Below are positions 36,180-48,765 of a DNA stretch of 64,000 nt, one piece after another; position 1 is the first letter of the stretch; the number at the start of each line of letters is the position of its first letter. The stretch comes from Octopus sinensis. Lineage: Eukaryota. The position numbers and the translations under genes are program-made. The notes beneath the pieces are model-generated. The model was given only the letters and a program-made list of their open reading frames with translations. It searched no databases and had not been told where the DNA came from. The stretch is taken from positions 98,332,001-98,396,000 of the forward strand of contig NC_043004.1 in assembly GCF_006345805.1 (NCBI RefSeq). The letters are read 5' to 3'.

Positions 36180-37494
36180 CACGCATACATGCATACACAC
36201 ATATATCATATATCTATCAAACTGTTTATCTATATATCCAACGATATATTCTTTTAGCTGTCCGTCTCTTTCTGTACCTATCTAAGTTATTATGTACCTA
36301 TGTATCCATCTATCTACCCTTATTCCTATGAAACTGTATGGCTGTTTGACTATCTGTCAGTCTGTGCGCCAATCTATCAAATACTCAAGAACCAATTTAT
36401 GCATTAATCATTATATACCTACTTTGTATATCTCTCAGCGGACAAATACACATACACACAAAGACATCTGTGAATATGTGCGAGTCTGTTCGTATGTGTG
36501 AGTGTTTGTAGTACGTATATGTTTCTGACTGTGCATACAAAAGCATACAAATAGATACATGCACTTATATCCATACACATATATGATCATGTATATATAT
36601 GTGTATGTAAGCGTATTTTCATTAATCTATATTACGTTTGTCGTTATACACACGCGCACTTGCACACACATATATATGTCTATGTAGCTGTGTGTATAAG
36701 AAAAGTATGAGAGAGATAGGATTTAAATGTTTCTTTGCATGTTTATGCACATCCTGCAGCATATATCGCACTGCATTGAAGTGCAATGCTTTAAACCAGA
36801 TTGCCCTGGAGCCAGTTCAGTACCAGATTCACTGAAGTTCTTTGTTCTGGTTTATAGTGTCAAAGATCTGAAGATGAAGGGAGAGGGTGATTGTGTTATA
36901 AAGGAAAGAGTTGTTGGCTATTTCTTAATACAGTTCATCGTTCTTGCAGTGAAGATTATAGTTATTCATTGTGCCACAGCATGCATCAAGTGATACAGTA
37001 GTTTTGCTATGAAATTCGTTTATAATTGAATGATGATCCGTGCTAGCGTTTACAATTCTATGGTGAATAGGTAGGCTTAATTTTATTTTCCTAAATGATT
37101 TAGAATTGTGAAAAATTATAGGAAAATATATAGATGGTTGAATGGTTACGTAATTGGATACTAAACCAAGTCTTCAAGAGCACGTATTTTGTCACGAGAT
37201 CCAGAGACGGTATTATGGTATTCAATGCCCTAGGCCAGCTCTAAATTCTGCCTTGTTTCAGCTTTATGATACACGCTTCCTTGTCCCAATCACACAGTCA
37301 GAACATCCTTCACCATTGTTTGCTTGAACCATCGCCAACATTCTCCCTCATTTCACTAGCTGGAAAATTCAGTCCAAAACTTATAATTAACATGTGGAAA
37401 AGAAATCTATTGTATATATTTAAACCTATCACAGTGTAAATGTATTAATAGGTAAAATATGAAATAATCAAAACTTCAATCTTTTTAGTTTCTA

Positions 37495-37712
37495 CGAGGG
37501 TATGCTGAAAATTTCCTGGTTTTAAAGGTGTCGCGAAATGCCTGGTTCGCGCTCCAGCATTCTGAGCTCTTTTACAGGGCTCAGAAAAACTGAAGAACCG
37601 CTGCGATAAGTGTGTGAATCTGAGAGGGGATTTTGTTTAAGAAAATCATAATTCACTGATCTTCCTATATCTTCTTTTACCCAAAGCCAGAAAGTTTTCA
37701 GTATCCCCCTTT
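37495..37712 (+). mobile_element. Internally deleted mariner (MITE)
   Basis: TA-flanked TIRs CGAGGGTATGCTGAAAATTTCCTGG / CCAGAAAGTTTTCAGTATCCCCT; residual transposase C-terminus KNRCDKCVNLRGDFV*. Confidence 0.75.
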
Positions 37713-38383
37713 TAACAAGTAATTATACTAAGCATGCCTCTCGCCAAATCACCCACCTTGCTATCCATCCATAATTTCTCAGCGAGTATTTCAGTTGCTC
37801 TATGTTAAATTTTGTGTTAGTTATTCACTGCGTCTTCCATATGAACGCCCTATAAAATCACATAGCCAGCTTTGTGAGTAGCGTTCGCTCAGCAGAGAGT
37901 ATATTGGTAAGACTTTTAATTTTCAAAATGTGCAATCATCTTTCTGCAAAAGAGATCACACTTGGTTGAATTATTAAGATACTAGGTAGGTGACAAAATG
38001 ACCATCACCTACAATCGATACGTTATTAGAATTCTGCCCATCATCAATAAACTTTCTCTCGAACAATCCAGTTTACCCTAATGTAACAGGCACTGCACGT
38101 TTAGGACAATTTCCTAATTCGACAAGTCGTAGTTCTGCATAAATGACAAGTGTTTTTTGGTCGCATACTTGGGCGTTTTGTCAAGTTGAACTTTTAAATT
38201 CAGTCACCCCTTGTAGTATATTTAGCGTGCAAATGCCTGTATGTGTATGTCTTCTAGGTGTTTTAACACCAAGCGAACTGAATATAAATTTTCTTAAGCC
38301 TGTAAATCGCAGCCTGCTCACGAACTGGCAAAGCACACATACCTTTTGTATATGAGGTCTATACTGCTTGTATCCCCCGGCTG

Positions 38384-38417
<34 letters not shown>

Positions 38418-38427
38418 ATATATATAT

Positions 38428-38464
<37 letters not shown>

Positions 38465-38486
38465 CAAGAAGGATATCCAAAGGTAG

Positions 38487-38574
38487 TGTAGTACAATCGT
38501 TTCATGCTACTTCATTTAATTAAACAATGTAAGTATTACCTCAGTTTTAAAATGTAGAGCACTCTTCAGCCACA
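38487..38574 (-). ncRNA. Type-I hammerhead motif with extended helix II, family F2
   Basis: TGTGG-CTGAAGA-GTGCT..(~50-nt hairpin)..AGCAT-GAA-ACGATTGT-A-CTACA; about 25 nt upstream of (TA)n. Confidence 0.72.
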
Positions 38575-39129
38575 TATGAAATTTTTTAAATTAAATTGAC
38601 AATGTTCGATTTTTATACTTATTCCATTTGCCAACATTATAAAGAGGGTAGATATATAGACAGAGAGGTCTATATAGGAATAATATAAACTTATTGAATA
38701 GCTGTTTTGATCTAGGAGGATCCTGCATACATTGTGCTACCCGTACTTTTAAGTATTTTAAATAATAGAATTCTGACTATACCTAAATTTTCAAATCTTA
38801 ATGATTTGTAACCAAATAAGGAAATAATATACCATACTAGCTTTTATTTATCCTGCATAGATTATTCAGAAATTTTATATTATAAATGAATTGAATAAAT
38901 TGAAATTAAAATATTTTAAAACTTTCCTATATAGGATTGCATAAATTCCATACATCTAGTGAAATTATTAAGTTCATCTTGATTACATCCCTTCCATTAC
39001 ACTTTGAAATATCTTATAGGCTCTTGATATATGTGCTAATGGATAAGTTTTTTTTCGTTACAGATAATAAATATTATGTCTAGCATATTCCTTTAATTTA
39101 ACTCATCAATAAAAAATATATTACTATTT

Positions 39130-39725
39130 ACCACGACAAGGGTGCAGAATCCTGGATAAGCACCACATTGTCAAGCCCGAACTTCTGTCCAAGTGAAAAA
39201 GAGAGTTCTTCCATATGTTTAGATACTCTTTTGCGTCGAACTTCAAGCCAGACTTCATAAACTATGAATCCATGACACTTTCATCACTCGCCACAGTTCC
39301 AAATACCATCACAGAGGTAGAATGTTTAGCCAGAAGCACAAGTGGGACGTCAGAAGGGTTTGTATGTAATCACTTGAGAATTTCTACGATTCCCCTCCCT
39401 GTTCACATTGAACATCTTTTCGACCACAATCACAAGAGAGATTTTCTTGCAATTTGATGTTTGATCGGTGACGAAAGCTTTGCGCATCTCTCGTCTCTGA
39501 TTGCCTGTCATGGCTGTTAGGAGGTGACGGCGTCGTCGAACATAGCTAGTAATCCCAAAGTTCCTGCTCACATCTCTGCGCACCGTGGAAAGGGACACAC
39601 TGCGCTTCTTTGTAAGAGTTGTGAGGGATGTTGATGGGTTGGCTTCAATCCAGTGCTTGAGACCAGCATGAAACTTTGGATTGCGCTTGGAATCACTTCG
39701 AGCTTTGTGTCCTGTAAAGAAGAGG
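39130..39725 (-). mobile_element. Tc1/mariner-superfamily transposase relic (possibly DD37D/maT-like)
   Basis: IEANPSTSL...VSLSTVRRDV HTH, RRRHLLT, EKMFNV...NRRN, VVLIQDSAP; multiple frameshifts. Confidence 0.7.
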
Positions 39726-39809
39726 GCAAGATGGATTGATAGGGGTTTGTATGTATGATGTGGGGAAGGACTATTTACAGGTCTGTAAGTGTGCGTACAC
39801 ACACATACA

Positions 39810-39884
<75 letters not shown>

Positions 39885-39971
39885 CTTTCTCACTCTATCA
39901 CCCATTATCTTTATATTTACACAGAACTGTATACATACATGTGTATGTATGTATGTATGTATGTATGTATG

Positions 39972-40044
<73 letters not shown>

Positions 40045-40073
40045 AAATAAGCAACAAGGATATCCAAAGGTAG

Positions 40074-40161
40074 TGTAGTACAATCGTTTCATGCTACTTC
40101 ATTTAATTAAACAATGTAAGTATTACATCAGTTTTAAAATGTAGTGCACTCTTCAGCCACA
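40074..40161 (-). ncRNA. Type-I hammerhead motif with extended helix II, family F2 (second copy)
   Basis: Same architecture as 38487-38574; helix II ends in GATGTAA tac TTACATT. Confidence 0.72.
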
Positions 40162-40575
40162 TATGAAATTTTTAAAATTAAATTGACAATGTTCGATTTT
40201 AAATCTTGCACTCTTCTTTATATTGTTTATACACACGATAAACTATTGCTTCTACAAGTTTTTGTCAACTTAGCAATTTTGTTACCAGTGTGCCCATCAC
40301 ACACCAAACAACAATGGTGGAACGATTTGGCTGTTCCATGACTTCCTGTTGTCGAATCAGTTCGCTCTTTACCTGAAAAATAAAGAGCAAGGTTAGATTT
40401 TCAAGCAAGCGAGGTTTTGTCAAAAACTGAAATGTTAAACCCACAAAGTCAACTGCTTAAAATTGGTATCAATCTATCTGCAAGAGCCGTTTATTATGTA
40501 TACAATGTATGCATATATGTAATTACACAAATTTATGTATATATTCATATATACATACATACACAAATGTCTATG

Positions 40576-40597
<22 letters not shown>

Positions 40598-40607
<10 letters not shown>

Positions 40608-40896
40608 TATTTGAGACAAAACCACTATTTTGTAAAACAAACAAGGAAAGACTTAATCAATACATAAAATTTAATAAATAGTCAAAGAAACCGCCACACA
40701 ATCGTTTCTTGTCTTGATCGACAATCTTCAGGTGGACTTTTTGTAACTGAATTATTGGAAGTCCACCTGAAGATTGTCGATCAAGACAAGAAACGATTGT
40801 AGTGGCGGTTTCTTTGACTATTTATTAAATTTTATGTATGATTAGTCTTTCTTGTTGTTTACAAAATAGTGGTTTTGTCTCAAATAATATTTTATA
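40598..40896. repeat. ~140-bp-arm inverted repeat made of two head-to-head F1 elements
   Basis: 40598-40739 is the reverse complement of 40759-40896 with few mismatches; 19-nt spacer. Confidence 0.92.
40763..40805 (+). ncRNA. Minimal type-I hammerhead, family F1, fully paired
   Basis: CCAC-CTGAAGA-TTGTC gatcaa GACAA-GAA-ACGATTGT-A-GTGG. Confidence 0.82.
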
Positions 40897-40975
40897 ATAT
40901 TTTACTATAAAATTGGATTTAATCCTAAATCTGATTTTTTTCCCTGTAAATTTGGATATATTCCCTAATATTTAT

Positions 40976-41007
<32 letters not shown>

Positions 41008-41598
41008 ATATATACTTGTATGTATTATGTCCATATATGTATTGTATATTGGTATGTGTATGTGTGTGTGTGAGTGCGTGTACATATATGCATACTTGCA
41101 CACATGCAATAAGATATTAAAATGTTGATATGGCTTTTGGCTATACAGATGTACACATATACATATGCGTATGTATGTGCTTCTGCACCTATGAACGTAC
41201 AAACTTTTCATCATGAAGCATGAAGACTCACATGCACTCATTTACTCAAACATTGATATACAAATACACACACAACACGTCTTATAATCCTATTTATTGA
41301 GCATTTAGAACTATGTAAATTCCATACAACTCAATATAATATCTAATTTGACATTCCATTCATAAACGACAGATTAAATATTTTTCTCGGCTGGCAATAC
41401 ATTCTAGATATGATCCGTTGCTCCAGACGCATTCTAATCGGCAATCCTCAATAAAACAACGGTCTAGTAATAAAGGGCTGATTAACAATATATATTTTAT
41501 CTTTTGCAACTATATATATATATATTATATATATATATACATATACATATAAATATACATATATACATATGTATATAATATAATATATAATATATATA

Positions 41599-41631
<33 letters not shown>

Positions 41632-41818
41632 AATGAAATATAATATAATATATAATATATAATATATATATATATGAACATTTAAAAATACCTACACACC
41701 TACAGAAAATGCGTGCAATTCCAAACATTTATATCAATAACGAAGATCACAGATGGATTGATAGGAGTTTGTATGTATGATGTGTGGAAGGATTATTTAC
41801 AGGTCTGTGAGTGTGCGT

Positions 41819-41854
<36 letters not shown>

Positions 41855-41884
41855 TATATATATATATAATATATATATATATAT

Positions 41885-41952
<68 letters not shown>

Positions 41953-42381
41953 GATAGATAGATAGATAGATAGATAGATAGTTAGATAGATATCTCACTC
42001 TATCACCCATTACCTTTATATTTACACAGAACTGTATGCATACATGTGCATGTATGTATGCTATGTATGCATAAATGCTGGCGGGTTGGCCTATTAGAAT
42101 GTCTCTGAGCAAGGAACCATGTCTAGAATGCTTCGCTAGATGAGTAAATATTTATGCTATTTAAGTTGTCATTTACGAATGGAATGCCATATATGAACGT
42201 TTATATGAAGCTTACATACGACAGACAACATTTTTGGTGAGAGCTTCTCATAGCCATTTTGAATTGTGTTTAACTACCTAAAGCTATGGCTGAAGTAAGG
42301 TAGATTTAATCACTGAGATATAACGAACAAATAATCTCAAATAATTTGTAATCCCAACAATGAAAATTTTTAATTAAATAT

Positions 42382-42552
42382 AGGCGCAGGAGTGGCTGTG
42401 TGGTAAGTAGCTTGCTAACCAACCACATGGTTCCGGGTTCAGTCTCACTGCGTGGCGTCTTGGGCAAGTGTCTTCTGCTATAGCCCCGGGCCGACTAATG
42501 CCTTGTGAGTGGATTTGGTAGACGGAAACTGAAAGAAGCCTGTCCTATATAC

Positions 42553-42604
<52 letters not shown>

Positions 42605-42813
42605 TTGTGTGTCTGTCCCCCTAGCATTGCTTGACAACCGATGCTGGTGTGTTCATGTCCCTGTTACCTAGCGGTTCGGCAAAAGAGACCGATAGAATAA
42701 GTACTGGGCTTACAAAAGAATAATTCCCGGGGTTGAGTTGCTCGATTAAAGGCGGTGCTCCAGCACGGCCGCAGTCAAATGACTGAAACAATTAAAAGAG
42801 TAAAGAGTAAAAG
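42382..42813 (+). mobile_element. SINE family B, full length
   Basis: Head AGGCGCAGGAGTGGCTGTGTGG; tail (GAGTAAAA)n. Confidence 0.92.
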
Positions 42814-43404
42814 AAATACTTGTGAAAAGAAAAGGGTGTTAAGTATTCTTCGATCTTTAAATACAAACGCATTCACACATTTGTTTTGTGCCTATGTGTG
42901 TGAGTGTGTGTTTGTGATTTGTTAATATATACCATGCCTCTGGTAATAGTTTTAGGTAACTATATTGTTACACGCACACAGAAAATCCTCTAAATCCCCT
43001 TACTATGAAACAGCGGGAGGTAGAGATGTCTGCTCCAACACTTGGCCGCAGCTCATTGAAAACGAAGTGCGTTGCTCATAGACTCAACTCACGCCTCCTT
43101 TCAGAAACTGAACCGCTGAGCCGACATTATCCTCGGGAGTTAACATGTGTGTGTGTATGTATATGCATACGAGTGTGAGTCTGTGTTTATGTATGTCCTC
43201 ACACGCACATACATAATGCAGTTTTACGGCCCCATCAATAAGCTGTCAGAGTTGAGTACCGATAATTGAAAGAGTGGTGTATTTATGAATCGCCAAATGA
43301 TGAAAAGCAAATTTTTATTCAGCGAGATTTGAACCCAGATTAGGACGTTATACTCATCATTCTAAACCCAGTCTTCTAGTTTGTCATACATATGTACACA
43401 TCTA

Positions 43405-43769
43405 GATTATCGCTATGGGCTCCGTGTAGGCAGTCATCTAAAAGTTTTTTGTGCATCTTGATGCTGACATAAGTTCCTTGTTTTTCCTGATGAGAAGGCG
43501 GCATAATGCACCCCTTATTCCTTCGAAATTAGGAATATGCACCCTTCGAAACATATGTCGAAAATAAAGGAATTTTGTTAATTCGTCGTTCAACTCCATT
43601 CTTTCATTTATTTGTATTTAAAAAAACACACAAATGTCCACACGAAAGCACGTGATCTCTGCCCTAGGCACGTAGCTTCAACCGTGTTTTTCTGACGTGA
43701 ATTTGCTACCCAGGTATCGGTTAACCGAATTATCCATAATAAGATAATTCATTCAACTACTCAAATATT
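43405..43769 (+). mobile_element. 365-bp hammerhead-bearing short element with a putative 14-bp TSD
   Basis: TATGTACACATCTA at 43391-43404 and 43770-43783 brackets the hammerhead at 43471-43575. Confidence 0.6.
43471..43575 (+). ncRNA. Canonical type-I hammerhead ribozyme motif, family F7
   Basis: TTCCTTgtTTTTC-CTGATGA-GAAGG..CCTTC-GAA-ACATATGT-C-GAAAAtaAAGGAA; GUC site at 43557-43559. Confidence 0.87.
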
Positions 43770-45534
43770 TATGTACACATCTATGTATAAGTGTAAGTAC
43801 ATATACATAAGTGCACGCAGATACACGCAAGGATGGTAGCGGATTGAGAGGAGCTTTAAAATATCAAATAGAATACCTTGTGGCATTTATTCGGTCGATC
43901 CTCTGTAATCTGGGATCAGTTCTTGTCGTAATCAAGTTGCTTTACATCATTTGTAGATCAATCGATAAAATATTAGTACTGTAATCGATTCTCCTTTGTG
44001 CCTTTCTCTTTCTCAAGCTTATTTCTATCTATTCCCTTATTTCAACGGACTTATATTTTTCACACAGATTCTGCTTCAGAACGACATTCAATGTAAATAT
44101 GCATAGAGAAAACGTTGCTGTTTACTCATTATCATCCCGTGTTGTAGTAGTTCATCTGATCAAACAGTTGATCGATCTGCATTGGAAGCCATGGAGGATC
44201 TGCCAGAAGGACAGATAATTTAATATGTAGCTGTGCATGTATATGCGTAGGTAGACAGGTAAGTACCTAGGATGTATGTAGTTTTGTAGTTAGTTGTTAT
44301 GGTTTGTATGTCGGAAATTAATAAAAAATTTAGCAATAATTATTAGCAACTAAACTTAAAGTTAAGTTACACTTATATACTGTTAACTAGAAGTGCAATA
44401 TTTCTTATTCCCAAAATCTAGAGTTATACCATAAACAAAATGACAATATATCAATACATATATACAGTGATGTATGAATCTCACTTATGAATATGATTGT
44501 AAGTACTGGTAAATAATTACTTTTATAACTCAAACGAGAAATTACAGTGTAACCTGCCGCTAGTTAGATTGTAAAACTTAGTAATTAGTTCTAGTAAATA
44601 AATATCCAGCTTATCTTCTAATGCGGAATCCCACAAAACAAAACGCATTGTATATCATTTCTGTTACATTGAAAAACAGTTGCTTCAGTGGCAGAATATG
44701 GTACATATAGAACAGCAAAAATACTACTAACGCATGCAGGAAATAAGATGTTATATGATATAATCCACCACTTCAGAATTTTCTTAAACCTTGCAAATAA
44801 GCCATCTTCTATCGGCTAATGATAACATATGATCTTTAATACAAATAAATTTCAAGAATGTTATTGTACTAAATTTTGCTGGTCAAATAGCCAGAATTGA
44901 CTGAAGAAAATATTCTGGCATAACTACAGATTTCTGCACCCCTCTCCACCGAATTTGGATGATCATAACTTTCAGAAAAATGAAAATTTTCTAATGACAT
45001 TTTCTACAAATATGTGTTATATCATGAAGATTCCGAATGTACAAAACTTTTTGGGGGTGGAGGGAAAGGGTTTTACGAGGGGTGGAGTGGGGAATTTCGG
45101 AAAATTCACCGGAATCCAGTGGTGGTGATATTTCTAAGAATATTCGCTACCCTATATATGTATTTTACGAATATGATCTTAGCATTCTCGAAGAATCAGC
45201 TCGGCATTGTGTGCTGAATTTTGGAAAATTATAACATATAATGATGAGACACGTGTTTCAATTGAAAGGGTTTCAATTGGTATGTCATTGAGATATAATG
45301 AAGTGAATTTCAATGGTTGTGGGTTGCGTTTACTTGACTGTATCGTCTGTTAAAGTGTTTTTGTTGTTTTTGTTGGGTTTTTTTGTAATTCCTGCATGAT
45401 TGAACAGTTAACGCTCACGCTCATAATACATAGACATTTCAATTTATTTTTACAATCCACCCGGCCTTTCACACGAAATTTCGTCATTTTCTAAACCATG
45501 ACCCTGAAGTGACTTTATATATAAGGGAACTGCG

Positions 45535-45575
<41 letters not shown>

Positions 45576-45772
45576 TATATATATATAGATATATATATAT
45601 ATATATGTATGTATGTATGTATAGGTCGGAACAATTTGTTGGCTTTTTATGGTTTTATAATAATTTGTTATATAATATTATGTTATGTTTTATTATATTC
45701 ATATTATAATGTAATATTGTAATATAAATAAATTATTGGATTGTCAATAGTATATCTCTATATTTAATTTAT

Positions 45773-45813
<41 letters not shown>

Positions 45814-45879
45814 CATATACATATATATACATATGCATGAGTGCATGTCTATATATAAATACATATACATATATTTGTG

Positions 45880-46348
45880 TCTTTGTTTATCCCCTTTCAT
45901 CTCTTGGTCTGACTGTTGATAGTAGTTTGCTTGCTTTTCATGTAATTTAGTGGTTCGACAAAGAGAGCTTCGAATAGGTAACAAGATTTTAAAATAAGTA
46001 CCGGGAATAAGGGTCATCCATTTGACTAAACCTCTCATAGCGGTGCTCTATCATGGCCGGAGTCCATTGACTGAAACGAATAAAATATGAAAAATGTAAG
46101 ATTCATAGATAAATATATTCATACCATGAGAAATTAAGATTTCATATGTTTACAAACTGTTTCATGAAGCCCGTTACAAACTTTGCCACAAGGTCATCAA
46201 TTTCGTGTGAGGTTTATGTCGGTTACATCCACCCCAGTGCTCGACAAATACTTAATTTATCGACTACGAAAGAACGAAAGACAAAAATACGAAACCCCGC
46301 TAAGCGTCTTGTCCCATGCGTTACCGATTCATCCAGCTCGCTACCTTA
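45880..46348. mobile_element. Degenerate SINE B tail (+, 45880-46085) and SINE C (-, 46180-46348)
   Basis: GCGGTGCTCTATCATGGCC..GACTGAAAC; CTCGCTACCTT head. Confidence 0.55.
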
Positions 46349-47435
46349 AACTGTATCATTAAATTATGCGATTTTTGCATAAAACGCTCGGTCTGCCACC
46401 TGTTTTGAGTTTCCTATCGTTGTCGAGTTCTATGTGATACCAACATCTTGCGTAAAAAAAGGGAAACAAAATGTAAAAGATTGAAAATATTTCACGAAGT
46501 AGCCTGTAGCCGTACGAGATTTTAACTGTTGACAGACAATATTGCATTAAACACTGCTTGCTTGCTATTCAATGCTATGCAGTTAATCTCATCTCTATTA
46601 TATATAAAGTGTCAGTATATGTATATACCTATAAACACAATGAGATATTAATCTATACCGAGAGAGGAAGTGATATTAAAAAGACAAAGGGAAATTATTG
46701 AGCAACAGAGTAACGGAACAAACGGAGACAGATAAGAAAGAGGGACAGACAAACAGAAAGGTAATTACTGAAACAGACTTTGAGATAATAAATGAAATTG
46801 GAGAATGAGAGAGGTATAGAGAAAGTGCGTGCGGGTGAGAGTGAGAGTAAGAGTGTCCTGCATAGATTCTCTGATCCCCACAGGTAATGTATTCCATTCC
46901 CACTCTAACTAAATAGTGACTACCCCTCCTGTTGTAAAGACAACATAAAACGTTGTTGTAGCTAAAAGCTTTTCAATTCAGCCAAGCAAGTTTCTGAAAT
47001 TGGTTTCGAGTAGTTTTTAACGATGAAAAGCTGTGTATTACTCCAATATAACACTCTTATACTGTTTACTGTTTAAATACAGTCAGTGTTAAATAAATGT
47101 TGATGTATTCAATAGAGATGGTGGGGTGGATTTATAGAGACGGTGGTGATGGTAATGTTGATAGTATTGATAACTGTAGTTAGACTACTCTTAGTTGTAA
47201 TGGTGATAATGATAGTTTTGGTGTTGTTGGTGATAAGATAGTTATAGAAATAGTATTGAACGACAGTAGTAGTTGGGTAGTTTAGGTGGTAGCATCTGTG
47301 CTGGTTATAGTGAAAGTAGTGTTGGGCTGGCGGTTATGTGATGGTGTGAGGATTATGATGATCGGGTTATTCAAGGTATTGCTTATCGTCATGGCAGTCG
47401 CGAAAAGCTATGGTGTTTCTATTCGTTCTATTTGA

Positions 47436-47720
47436 AGGCGAGTGGTTTTGTGGTTAGGGTATTCGGCTCACGATCTCACAGTCGTGAGTTCGATTACCAG
47501 CGGCGCTTTATTTCCTTGAGCAAGACATTTTATTTCACGTTGCTCGAGTCCATTCAGCTGGCAAAAATGAGTAGTACCTGATTTCAAAGGACCAGCCATG
47601 TCACATTCTGTGTCACACTGAATCTCCCTGGGAACTACGTTAAAGGTATGCGTGTCTGTGGAGTGCTCAGCCACTTGCACGTTAATTTCATGAGCAGGTT
47701 GTTTCGTTGACCGGATCAAA
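47436..47720 (+). mobile_element. SINE family D (different tRNA head + CCTTGAGCAAG core-like motif) sharing tail type 1 with family A
   Basis: GTGGTTAGGGTATTCGGCTCACGATC..GAGTTCGAT head; GTGGAGTGCTCAGCCACTTGCACGTTAATTTC tail. Confidence 0.75.
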
Positions 47721-47977
47721 TGTTTCGAGTCACTTTGTCTGCAGAGTTTCCTTTTTGTACTTATAAAGCATTACGTGCCGCACATGCTCTTTGGATACGT
47801 TCATGTTAGAAAGGGATTTAATCAAAGAAATTTAAATTCTATTATTCTGTAAAATAATATTTAATTAGTTTAAATGTACACAAATGCATAAAAATAATTT
47901 CTAATTCCATTCTAAAATACTATTAAAATTCATTTAATTTTTAAAATGGTAAAATCGGACAGAACTTATGGGATGAC

Positions 47978-48022
<45 letters not shown>

Positions 48023-48279
48023 TTAAGGGTTCGATTCCAATTGCAATATGTCGTCAAAATATGACAAACCAAAGGGTCTAATTTCACAGTGACACTAAAT
48101 ATATGTTTATTTAACATGTAGATATTGCTCTGCCTTCATATACATTATACTAGGGATTAACACTGTCTTGGTTTAACCACAAAACTAGTGGCCATATCGA
48201 TCGTTGTATAGTCGTTGTATAGGTTAAAGAAATAGTAGTGAAGAGAAATTAAATAATAATAATGAATGTCAAACTATCG

Positions 48280-48765
48280 ACCTTATTTCATCGACCCCAA
48301 AAGGACCAAAAGCAAAGTCGACCTCGGCAGAATTTGAGCTCAGAACGTAAAGCAGGCTAATGGTTTCAAATTTGGCATAAGGTCAATTTTACGGAATGGA
48401 TTAAGTCGATTACATTAGCTGGAATTTATTTTATCGACCCGTAAAGATAAAATGCAAAGTCGACCTCGGTGGAATATAGTCTCAGAATGTAAAAGAGCAA
48501 GATGAAATACTGGTAAACATCTTATCAGGTGTGCTAACGATTCTACCTGCTTGCTGCCTTTAATTCCTTCTGATATAGGTACAACGTTTGAAATTTTGAA
48601 GGAAGTGGACTCGACAATTACATCCTGCCTCGTGTTCAACTGGTACTTACTTACGGAAGGAAGAAGACGAAGTCATCGGCGCAATTTGATCTCAAAATGT
48701 ATGAGTCGGAAGAAATGCCGCACATGTTTTCGATGCTCACACGATTCTGCCAGTTCGCCAATATC
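48280..48765 (-). mobile_element. Cluster of degenerate SINE C copies
   Basis: Repeated CAAAGTCGACCTCGG..GAATTTG motifs and GCTAACGATTCT..CC head. Confidence 0.6.

Noticed and set aside
36727-36993. 88-aa ORF in higher-GC unique sequence
   Set aside because: No recognisable motif in any frame.
44936-45084. Possible MITE bounded by CACCCCTC/GAGGGGTG
   Set aside because: Only an 8-bp inverted match and no TSD.
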